A stretch of 28,308 bases of DNA, from contig JBEKGL010000001.1 of NCBI GenBank assembly GCA_050012815.1, forward strand, positions 1-28,308, written 5' to 3'. The notes below the pieces were generated by a model, which ran no database searches, was not told the DNA's origin, and saw nothing but the letters and a program-made list of their open reading frames with translations. A program made the translations under genes and the position numbers. Every line of letters begins with the position of its first letter. Within the stretch, counting starts at the first letter, position 1. The DNA comes from Thermoguttaceae bacterium (GTDB lineage: Bacteria > Planctomycetota > Planctomycetia > Pirellulales > Thermoguttaceae). Shown here piece by piece: positions 1-7,589 of the stretch.

Positions 1-1219
1 TTTGGTCGAGATGGCGTTTTCGATAGTATGCGCGGACAAGAAAACTGCCCGATCCGCAGGCGGGATCGAGGATCGAGTCGGCAGCATTGCGGATGCAGAA
101 GCCGTTGATAAGGTCCACGACGTCATCGCCTGTAAAATGTTGGCCGAAGCGGTGTCGTTCCTCCGGGCCTATGATCTTTTGGAATATGCGTCCCACGACG
201 TCGGAAGAAACTTCGCGGAAGTCCACTGATTCGATACCGCGAAGCAGCCCGCGCCAGGCATCCAGTGCGTTGGAGGGATGAAAGATCAATTCGGTCGCCC
301 AATCTTTTGTGTCGGGCATCAAAAGAGGTTCATAGTCGCCGCTTCTTTCAACGGCTTTTTGGAATAAACTGTTAAATACAGCCATTGCTTCGGCTGGTTT
401 TTTTATCGTGGATCGCAGTTCCAATCGAGGAAGATCGGGGAATCGGGCGCGAAGTGCCTTGTAAAAAATCAATCGATTGGCCCAAACATAGGCCAGAGTT
501 TTGGCCATGTTGTCAACAACTTTGCACCATTCCTCATGCGGAGTGCGCACGAAAGTCCAGTCTTGATCGCTCATCCATTGCTGAACTCGAAGATCAAAAG
601 ATTTATTTTTAGAGTGCTCAAGTATGTATGCACTGGCGAGTTGGACAGGCCAATCGAGATGGCTTTCCAGGGATCGAATGAAGATGTCGTCTGGCGGCAA
701 CCATTCGCGGCGTCGTCCGGTAAGGATATCTGCAAGATCACGGAGTAGGTCGGGGAGGAAATGGGTTTTTATAAAAGTGAGGTTGTCTTCACGGGCAACG
801 TCTTCAGGACCTGCAAGGTTGCGGGCCAGTTGCCTTTGCCATACTCGTCGGTCTAAAAGCGGTCGATCCCACAGGCTGCGATCCCAGAGAACAAAAGTGT
901 TGACGTTCCAGGTGAAGAAGTACTGGATGCCCGCATCGCTGGCTTTGGCTTCAGCATCTTGGCAGAGTTTTTCATCGTAAGGCGTACGGCCTTCGGGCGT
1001 CCCCGGTAATTTCACTTCCCCACATATCACAAGCTTGCCATTATTGTTGTAAAATCGCAAGTCTTTTCGTTTGCGGCGGCTTGCGCCAGTTCCATAGCCT
1101 TCTATCCTCGCTTCGCGAAAAGGAAAGATGTTAGGATTTTGGTTTACTATAGAATTGACGGTCGATGCGACTTGACCACAAAAATCTACTTCGTTGATAG
1201 TTGTTTTATTTGAGATCAT
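1..1219 (-). CDS. Type IIG-like restriction-modification protein (N-terminal PD-(D/E)xK-like region plus N6-adenine DNA methyltransferase); 3' end runs off the window
   Basis: Not in the ORF track. Manual translation from ATG 1219 is open to base 1: MISNKTTINEVDFCGQVAS...KDLRFYNNNGKLVICGEVKLP...EERHRFGQHFT...SILDPACGSGSFLVRAYYRK. DPACGSG is SAM-binding motif I, GQHFT matches the GQ(F/Y)xT motif of N6-MTases, and D...EVK is a nuclease-like motif. Confidence 0.85.
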   Translation of the reverse strand, partial: MISNKTTINEVDFCGQVASTVNSIVNQNPNIFPFREARIEGYGTGASRRKRKDLRFYNNNGKLVICGEVKLPGTPEGRTPYDEKLCQDAEAKASDAGIQYFFTWNVNTFVLWDRSLWDRPLLDRRVWQRQLARNLAGPEDVAREDNLTFIKTHFLPDLLRDLADILTGRRREWLPPDDIFIRSLESHLDWPVQLASAYILEHSKNKSFDLRVQQWMSDQDWTFVRTPHEEWCKVVDNMAKTLAYVWANRLIFYKALRARFPDLPRLELRSTIKKPAEAMAVFNSLFQKAVERSGDYEPLLMPDTKDWATELIFHPSNALDAWRGLLRGIESVDFREVSSDVVGRIFQKIIGPEERHRFGQHFTGDDVVDLINGFCIRNAADSILDPACGSGSFLVRAYYRKRHLDQ

Positions 1220-1318
1220 AATCGCATGTACCTTGCAGCAATAGAAACAACAATCATAACCGATTGAGAATAATAGGTACAGAAGGGGGTGAAAAGACCT
1301 AAAACTGAACCACAGAAA

Positions 1319-1337
1319 GACGGATTTTAAATCCGTC
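1319..1337. repeat. REP-like palindrome GACGGATTTTAAATCCGTC
   Basis: Hairpin GACGGATT/AATCCGTC; near-identical copy at 17675-17693. Confidence 0.7.
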
Positions 1338-1342
1338 CAACC

Positions 1343-1394
1343 AATCCCCGAACCCTGAACCCTTTTTTTCCACCTACCACATACCATCTACCAC
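1343..1394. repeat. Two short heptamer-period tandem repeats
   Basis: AATCCCC-GAACCCT-GAACCCT (1343-1363) and CCACCTA-CCACATA-CCATCTA-CCAC (1370-1394). Confidence 0.6.
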
Positions 1395-1569
1395 TGTCTC
1401 AAGTGGCAAGTGATTTTTGGGTATCAGGCAAATAATGTTGCATCGCACGTTAAAAATCGCGGCAAATATGCCCGGAGCCTTTTTCCTAATCTCTGGAAAT
1501 ACCTATTGTGATTTGCTACACTCGATGTGATAAATTATATCAAAATAATTCGCGTTGAATTGTCCGTTC

Positions 1570-3543
1570 ATGTCCAAGCGGAAAAAAAATTACGATAAGC
1601 GCACTCCGCAGGCCCGGTCGGATGAATCCACTGAGTCGGCGCGGTCGCTTGGAGTTTCGGCGGGAATCGCGCTGATCGCGATTGTGACCTTTATCGTTTA
1701 TCTTCCCTGCATAAACGGCGGGTTCATTTTGGACGATGACAAGCTGCTGACGGAAAACGAACTTGTCAGGGCCTCCGACGGCATGTATCGGTTTTGGTGC
1801 ACCACCGAATCGGTTGACTACTGGCCGGCGGCCAATAACACATTTTGGATCGAGTGGCGGCTATGGGGGATGAACCCGGCCGGGTACCACGTCACTAACC
1901 TGATCTTGCACGTGGCCGAGGCATTGCTGATTTGGGTCATTTTGCGGAAGTTATCCATACCCGGGGCGTTTTGGGCGGCGATGCTCTTTGCCGTGCATCC
2001 GGTGAACGTGGAGGCGGCGGCCTGGATCACGCAACGGAAAGACATGCTGGCTGTGTTGTTCTTTCTCTTGTCGATTTTGTGGTATTTGAAGGCCGACATG
2101 CCCACGGCAAGCGTGGGCATGGCACCCGCGCCAACCGCGCGTTCCCACGGAGGACCGTGGGAACGAGAAAACTGTCCACTGTCCACTGTCCACTGTCCAC
2201 TTTTCTACTGGCTGAGTCTGGCGGCGTTCGTCTTGGCGATGCTCAGCAAGGGATCGGCGGTGATCTTGCCGGCGGTATTGCTGGGAATCGTGTGGTGGCA
2301 GCGTCCCATGAGGACTGTCCCCTTTCGTTGGCCGCGGCGGGATTTATTACGCATCGCGCCGTTTTTCGCGGTTGCCGCAGCACTGGCCGGCGTGAACGTG
2401 TGGTTTCAAACACACGGCACGGAAGTAACAATCCGCAGTGCCGGTTTTGCCGAGCGGCTGTTGGGGGCGGGCTGCACGGTGTGGTTTTATCTTTACAAGG
2501 CGGTCGTGCCGGTCGATCTGGCCTTTGTCTATCGGCAGTGGCGGATCGAAATCGGCAATCCGCTGTGGTGGTTGCCGCTTTTGGCGGCACTGGCCGTCAC
2601 GGCCGCGCTGTGGCGATATCGAAAAAGCTGGAGCCGAGGGATTTTGTTCGCCTGGGGATTTTTTTGCGTGTCGCTCGTGCCGGTGATGGGATTCACGGAC
2701 GTGGGATTCATGAAACATTCGCTGGTGGCCGACCATTATCAGCACATTGCCATTATCGGAGCGATTGCGCTGGTTGCGGCGGGTTTTGGCTCATGGCGTG
2801 GGCGGGTGCAAGGCGGATTGCGCCGGGCCGCGCCCATGGTTGCCATTGCCGCGGCCGGCGCTCTGGCGTTTCTGACTTGGCGGCAAAGCGGCCTGTACCG
2901 CGACGCCGTGACGCTGTACCGCTTCGCCCTGGAAAAAAATCCGGACTGTTGGATGATCCAAAACAACATGGGCAAGAGATTATTCGAGAAGGGCCGGCTG
3001 AATGAGGCGACCGGATATTACGAGACCGCCATAAGGCTTAATCCCGACTTTCCCGAGGCCCATTACAACCTGGGACTGGTGCTGTCGGAAACCGATCGGC
3101 CCCGGGAGGCGATCGAACAGTACCAGCGAGCCTTGCGGCTCCAGCCCAATTATACCGAGGTCCTCAACAACATGGGCAACGCGCTGCTCGAAGATGGTCG
3201 GCCTGGGGAGTCAATCGGATACTTCGAGAAAGCCTTGCGACTGAGGCTCGACTTCATCTTGGCGCATAACGGTCTAGGCGCCGCATTGGTCCAAATCGGC
3301 CGCCCACTGGATGCGATCGAACATTTCAAACAGGCGCTGCGTCTGAAGCCCGCCGACGTTGACGCCTGGAACAATTTAACGTTCGCCTACGCCGCCGCGC
3401 ACCAATCGGCGGAGGCCATTGCCGCGGCCCGGAAGACGCTGGAACTTGCCCGATCCCAGGGACAAACTGCGCTGGCCGAGAAGATGGAAGAATGGTTGAA
3501 ATCTTACCGCTCCAAACTCTCACCCCCGCCGCACGCCCCATAA
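1570..3543 (+). CDS. TMTC-like membrane GT-C glycosyltransferase (putative protein O-mannosyltransferase) with C-terminal TPR repeats
   Basis: Multiple hydrophobic helices; GGFILDDD acidic motif after TM1; YHVTNLILH and FAVHPVNVEAAAWITQRKD motifs typical of bacterial TMTC-like proteins; TPRs (EAHYNLGLVL..A..QYQRALRLQP). ATG 1570 is preferred over TTG 1555. Confidence 0.85.
   Translation: MSKRKKNYDKRTPQARSDESTESARSLGVSAGIALIAIVTFIVYLPCINGGFILDDDKLLTENELVRASDGMYRFWCTTESVDYWPAANNTFWIEWRLWGMNPAGYHVTNLILHVAEALLIWVILRKLSIPGAFWAAMLFAVHPVNVEAAAWITQRKDMLAVLFFLLSILWYLKADMPTASVGMAPAPTARSHGGPWERENCPLSTVHCPLFYWLSLAAFVLAMLSKGSAVILPAVLLGIVWWQRPMRTVPFRWPRRDLLRIAPFFAVAAALAGVNVWFQTHGTEVTIRSAGFAERLLGAGCTVWFYLYKAVVPVDLAFVYRQWRIEIGNPLWWLPLLAALAVTAALWRYRKSWSRGILFAWGFFCVSLVPVMGFTDVGFMKHSLVADHYQHIAIIGAIALVAAGFGSWRGRVQGGLRRAAPMVAIAAAGALAFLTWRQSGLYRDAVTLYRFALEKNPDCWMIQNNMGKRLFEKGRLNEATGYYETAIRLNPDFPEAHYNLGLVLSETDRPREAIEQYQRALRLQPNYTEVLNNMGNALLEDGRPGESIGYFEKALRLRLDFILAHNGLGAALVQIGRPLDAIEHFKQALRLKPADVDAWNNLTFAYAAAHQSAEAIAAARKTLELARSQGQTALAEKMEEWLKSYRSKLSPPPHAP
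2097..2200. repeat. In-frame stack of two perfect hairpins and an (ACTGTCC)x4 heptamer repeat inside the TMTC-like CDS
   Basis: CATGCCCACG-gcaag-CGTGGGCATG (2097-2121); CGTTCCCACGG-agga-CCGTGGGAACG (2140-2165); ACTGTCC x4 (2171-2198). Confidence 0.85.
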
Positions 3544-3605
3544 ATTATGCCGCCACTTCGGGTTTTCAAGAAAAAAACATTCTTTTTTCCGGGGATAACG
3601 GCCTT

Positions 3606-3943
3606 GTTGTTACACACAAATAGGCGGCGTTTTTGGCGTGTACCGCAAAGCGGTTACACAAATTAGCCCAGGGTTGCCGCGTGAGCGGCTACCCTGGGCT
3701 AAGGTTTAGGTAAATCAGTGAACCCTGAAAGGGTTCTGGAGCGATTTCCACGTTAGGTTTTCCTTTCCGAACTCCCTTTCGCAACAATGATAGGCCAGTA
3801 AAAACCACTACGGAACCCTTTCAGGGTTCAATTGTTTACCCATTTCGCCACCCAGGGTAGCTGCTGCGCAGCAACCCTGGGCTATCGAATTCAACCGCTT
3901 CGCGGTTGAGACATAAGTCCTCACTCAACTTGTGTGTAACAAC
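3606..3943. mobile_element. Non-autonomous nested palindromic element (MITE/REPIN-like)
   Basis: Perfect 14-bp terminal inverted repeat GTTGTTACACACAA (3606-3619 / 3930-3943). Nested inverted pairs at 3642-3654 / 3894-3906, 3664-3698 / 3851-3884 and 3719-3736 / 3813-3830 (perfect 18 bp), around a 76-bp core. No transposase. Confidence 0.7.
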
Positions 3944-3955
3944 TAGGGAAAACGG

Positions 3956-4107
3956 CCTTGGCTACACGGCCTTGCTCCATGGGAGCGGAAAAAACCTCAC
4001 TATACGGCTTTGCTTCTTCGGAGCGGAAAAATCATGGATGCACAAATTCGCTCTCTCGGACCAGAAAAATCCTCGCTACACGACTTCGCTCTCTCTGCGT
4101 GGAAAAA
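3956..4107. repeat. Degenerate tandem array, 4 x 38 bp
   Basis: Units start at 3956, 3994, 4032 and 4070 and each ends in GAAAAA. Approximate consensus TCCTCGCTACACGGCTTCGCTCTCTCGGAGCGGAAAAA. Confidence 0.75.
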
Positions 4108-4124
4108 TTGTTTGGACTCAGAAA

Positions 4125-4952
4125 TTAACCATTATTCGCTACCCCCTCTTTAAGTGCATGAGCAACTATTTCCCGCAATTGGACGAGAAGCGCCGGATTG
4201 GCGGCGGTCAGGAAAGGTCTTTGCTCAAGACTGTGTTCTTTACCTTCGGGGGTGCAAATTGCGCCGCCGGCCTCGCGCACCAACAGTATTCCGGCCGCCA
4301 CGTCCCAGATATTCGCGGAAAAGTTCCAAAAAACATCGTATCGGCCGGCGGCCAGATAAGCCAGGTTCAAGGCCGTGGAACCGGAGCGGCGCACGGCCTG
4401 GCATAGAAATATGGCCCGTAAAAAAACCAACAAATCTGGCGAATTCGGCTTGACGTCGGGCGGAAAACCCACAACGGCCAGGGCCTCCGATAATGCTGTA
4501 ACGCTGCTGGTGCGTATGGGCCGGCCGTTGAGCCGGGCGCCTTGGCCGGCCGCCGCGATAAAACATTCGTTGTGAACGGGATCGAGCACGCCGGCCACCA
4601 GCAGTTCGCCGTTTCGTTCCAAGGCCAAAGACACGGCATAATGCGGCACTCCATGCACGAAATTAGTAGTGCCGTCCAATGGATCGACGATCCAGCGATA
4701 TTCCGAGTCATGCAAAGGCGTATTTGCATTGACCGACATCCCGGCGTCTTCCTCGCCAATAATGCGGTGCCGGGGAAAAGCTTCCCATATTATCCGGCTG
4801 ATGGCTTGTTGAGATTCCAGGTCGGCTTGAGTCACAAGATCGGCCGGACCTTTTTTTCTGACCTCGAATTTATCGACCCAGGCCAGGATAATATCCCCCC
4901 CTACCCGGATCGCCTTTTCACAAACGCCCAAATACTCAGTTAGCGGTTCCAT
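4125..4952 (-). CDS. suhB: Inositol monophosphatase family protein
   Basis: DLVTQAD, IIGEE, WIVDPLDGTTNFVHG, RRSGS and WDVAAG motifs. ATG 4952 (MEPLTEYL) is preferred over the longer GTG-started ORF. Confidence 0.93.
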   Translation of the reverse strand: MEPLTEYLGVCEKAIRVGGDIILAWVDKFEVRKKGPADLVTQADLESQQAISRIIWEAFPRHRIIGEEDAGMSVNANTPLHDSEYRWIVDPLDGTTNFVHGVPHYAVSLALERNGELLVAGVLDPVHNECFIAAAGQGARLNGRPIRTSSVTALSEALAVVGFPPDVKPNSPDLLVFLRAIFLCQAVRRSGSTALNLAYLAAGRYDVFWNFSANIWDVAAGILLVREAGGAICTPEGKEHSLEQRPFLTAANPALLVQLREIVAHALKEGVANNG

Positions 4953-5363
4953 TGCGTAAATTACGGTAAAAATTGGAGTAGATCGAAAAAAAACACAGGC
5001 CGAAAACCCGCACACATACCCTAAATCATAGTGGCAAGTATGCGAATTACAGGCATCTGGATTTTTTTATTGAGTTAAGATTATAAAATCCCAAGTGGGG
5101 GTGAGCAACAGCCAAAAGTCGCATTTTTCATAGATATTTCAATTTTACACCCTCGATTTAACACTTTTTTTGCATCCGGACCCTGGACATTTTTGGAATA
5201 CTTGTTATCATCAAAGGTGTGGTGTGGAAATCTATGCATCTTATACATATAGACGTATGCCCAGGGGGGTAATGCGTTTTGGATGGGTTGTGATCGTTTG
5301 TTGGCATAATTGAAAATATATTAGGAACGGATTATTTTAACGTCGGCCTCTTCTCTGTTCCGG

Positions 5364-5403
5364 CCCCGCCGTTTCGCTTTACCGCGAGCGGCGGGGTTTT
5401 TTT
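5364..5403 (+). terminator. Intrinsic (Rho-independent) terminator-like hairpin
   Basis: CCCCGCCG(tttcgc)...(gcgag)CGGCGGGG followed by T7 (5397-5403). Confidence 0.75.
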
Positions 5404-5433
5404 ATTACCCCAATATATTAATGTCACAACTCC

Positions 5434-5465
5434 GCTGTCGAGATATGCGGCTGTCGAGATATGCG
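5434..5465. repeat. Exact 16-bp tandem duplication GCTGTCGAGATATGCG x2
   Basis: Units at 5434-5449 and 5450-5465, ending 18 bp before the glycosidase start codon. Confidence 0.85.
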
Positions 5466-5483
5466 ATTTCTTGAAGGAATTCC

Positions 5484-7589
5484 ATGATAACACGCATCAC
5501 AAAGCTGGTGTTGGCGGTTTTTTTCTGTGCAATCTCGGCGTCGGCAATGGAAAACGCCACGCCCATTGATCGCCACGCGCTGGTCGTCCGTCACAACATC
5601 GTGCTCGACAAAGCCGATCCCCAAACCGCCTTGCAAGTGGGAAACGGCGAGTTTGCCTTCGGACTGGACTTAACCGGATTGCAGACTTTTTATGGCAACA
5701 CCATGTCGCATTGGGGATGGCACACGTTTCCCATGCCGGCCGGGAAACGGATCGAAGATTTTAAGCTGACCGAGTTCGATACATACGGGCGCGCGGTCGG
5801 CTACGCCACCAACGGCAAGGGGCAGGAAGAACTTTACCGATGGTTGCGGGAGAACCCGCATCGATTCAATCTGGGCCGGATTGCCCTGCGCCTTGTCGCG
5901 TCCGACGGCAAATCAGCAACGCTGGATCAAATCCGCAATCCACGGCAAGAGTTGGATCTATGGCAGGGGCTGATCGAAAGCCGGTTCGAGTTCGACGGCC
6001 AGGCGGTGCGGGTCGAGACTTGCGCTCATCCGGATTGCGACGCCGTTGCCGTGCACATCGAATCGCCACTTATCGCCGACGGACGGCTGACCGTGGAATT
6101 GGCATTTCCCTACGGCAGTCCTTCGTCGTCGGGGGCGGACTGGAAAAAGCCAGACGCCCATATTACCCACATGACGCAAAGCGACCGGCAGGCCGATTTC
6201 GACCGGCAACTCGACAACGACCGTTATGCCGTGCGCCTGACGTGGGCCGGCCGGGCAACGCTCAAGGAAGACAAGGCCCACACGTACATTTTGGCGCCAG
6301 GCAAAGACGAAGGCACACTGGAGTTCGTCTGTCGGTTTGCCCCCGAGAAGATCGCCGGGGACCGGCCGACGTTTGCCGAGACCAAGTCGGCCGGCGCTGC
6401 GCATTGGGCGCAATTCTGGCGGAGCGGCGGAGCGATCGACCTTTCGGCCAGCAAGGATCCGCGTTGGAAGGAACTGGAGCGGCGGATCGTGCTCTCGCAA
6501 TACCTGCTGGCAGTGCAGGAGACCGGTTCGTTGCCGCCGCAGGAAAGCGGATTGTTCAACAATAGCAGCGCATGGAACGGCAAATTCCACCTGGAGATGC
6601 ATTGGTGGCACGGCGCACACTACGCACTATGGGATCGCTGGCCGCTGCTGGAACGCAGCCTGGGTTGGTACCGGAAAATTTTGCCCTCGGCCAGGGACAA
6701 GGCCCAGCAGCAAGGGTATCGCGGCGCACGCTGGCCGAAGATGGTCGGGCCGGAGGGACGCGATTCGCCCTCGGGCATCGGCCCGTTGTTGATTTGGCAG
6801 CAGCCGCATCCGATCTTTTACGCCGAACTGGATTATCGCCTGCATCCCACGCGCGAGATTTTGGAAAAATGGCGTGAGATAGTCGAAGATACCGCCGAAT
6901 TCATGGCCTCGTTCGCCGTGCCGGACAAGGAATCGGGACAATTTGTCCTGGGACCGCCTATCAAAACCGTGCCGGAAAAAATAGACTCGAAAACCACGCG
7001 CAACCCTGCGTTCGAGTTGTGCTATTGGCGCGTCGGCTTGCGCATGGCCCAAGACTGGCGCGAGCGGCTCGGGCTTGCGCGTAAACCTGAATGGGACAAG
7101 GTCCTTCAAAACCTGGCGCCTTTGCCCCAGGCCGACGGCCTATATCTTCAGCAGGAAGGCATGACCGACACCTACACCAAGAATAATTGGGAACATCCCG
7201 CGCTTATCGGCACGCTGGGGATGCTGCCGGGCGACGGCACGGACCCGACGATAATGAAAGCAACCGTGCGCAAAGTGATGTCCGGTTGGCAGTGGGACCG
7301 CTGCTGGGGCTGGGACTTTCCCATGATGGCCATAGCCGCCGCGCGCAACGGCGAGCCCGGGCTGGCGATCGATGCGCTATTGCACCCCTCCAATAAAAAC
7401 ATTTTTAATCAAGCCGGCCTGAGCGCGGGCGGGCCGTTCCCGTATTTCCCTTCCAACGGCGGATTGCTTTACGCAGTGGCCATGATGGCCGCCGGTTGGG
7501 ACGGCGGGCCTGAAGATAAAAATGCGCCGGGTTTTCCGCATGACGGAACCTGGGTTGTCAAATGGGAACGATTAAGGAGAGCACCATGA
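5484..7589 (+). CDS. Secreted six-hairpin (alpha/alpha)6 glycoside hydrolase-like protein (family usually auto-annotated as GH65-like)
   Basis: Signal peptide (MITRITKLVLAVFFCAISASA). Motifs IDRHALVVRHN, VGNGEFAF, WNGKFHLEMHWWH, GARWPKM, WQQPHPIFYAEL, WGWDFP and GGLLYAVAMM. GAAGGA RBS. Confidence 0.75.
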   Translation: MITRITKLVLAVFFCAISASAMENATPIDRHALVVRHNIVLDKADPQTALQVGNGEFAFGLDLTGLQTFYGNTMSHWGWHTFPMPAGKRIEDFKLTEFDTYGRAVGYATNGKGQEELYRWLRENPHRFNLGRIALRLVASDGKSATLDQIRNPRQELDLWQGLIESRFEFDGQAVRVETCAHPDCDAVAVHIESPLIADGRLTVELAFPYGSPSSSGADWKKPDAHITHMTQSDRQADFDRQLDNDRYAVRLTWAGRATLKEDKAHTYILAPGKDEGTLEFVCRFAPEKIAGDRPTFAETKSAGAAHWAQFWRSGGAIDLSASKDPRWKELERRIVLSQYLLAVQETGSLPPQESGLFNNSSAWNGKFHLEMHWWHGAHYALWDRWPLLERSLGWYRKILPSARDKAQQQGYRGARWPKMVGPEGRDSPSGIGPLLIWQQPHPIFYAELDYRLHPTREILEKWREIVEDTAEFMASFAVPDKESGQFVLGPPIKTVPEKIDSKTTRNPAFELCYWRVGLRMAQDWRERLGLARKPEWDKVLQNLAPLPQADGLYLQQEGMTDTYTKNNWEHPALIGTLGMLPGDGTDPTIMKATVRKVMSGWQWDRCWGWDFPMMAIAAARNGEPGLAIDALLHPSNKNIFNQAGLSAGGPFPYFPSNGGLLYAVAMMAAGWDGGPEDKNAPGFPHDGTWVVKWERLRRAP

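Noticed and set aside
1027-1095. ATG at 1095 (minus strand) with an apparent RBS as start of the R-M gene
   Set aside because: That frame stops after about 22 codons; the long frame starts at 1219.
1932-3005. 357-aa minus-strand ORF
   Set aside because: Antisense shadow of the TMTC-like gene in GC-rich DNA with no recognisable motifs.
3956-4107. CRISPR array
   Set aside because: The 38-bp units abut with no unique spacers, are degenerate, and no cas genes are present.
3906-4406. 166-aa plus-strand ORF
   Set aside because: Reads through the repeat array and antisense into suhB; no protein-like features.
5257-5313. Trp-containing leader peptide (MPRGVMRFGWVVIVCWHN)
   Set aside because: The Trp codons are not adjacent, RBS spacing is poor, and the downstream genes are glycosidases rather than amino-acid biosynthesis.
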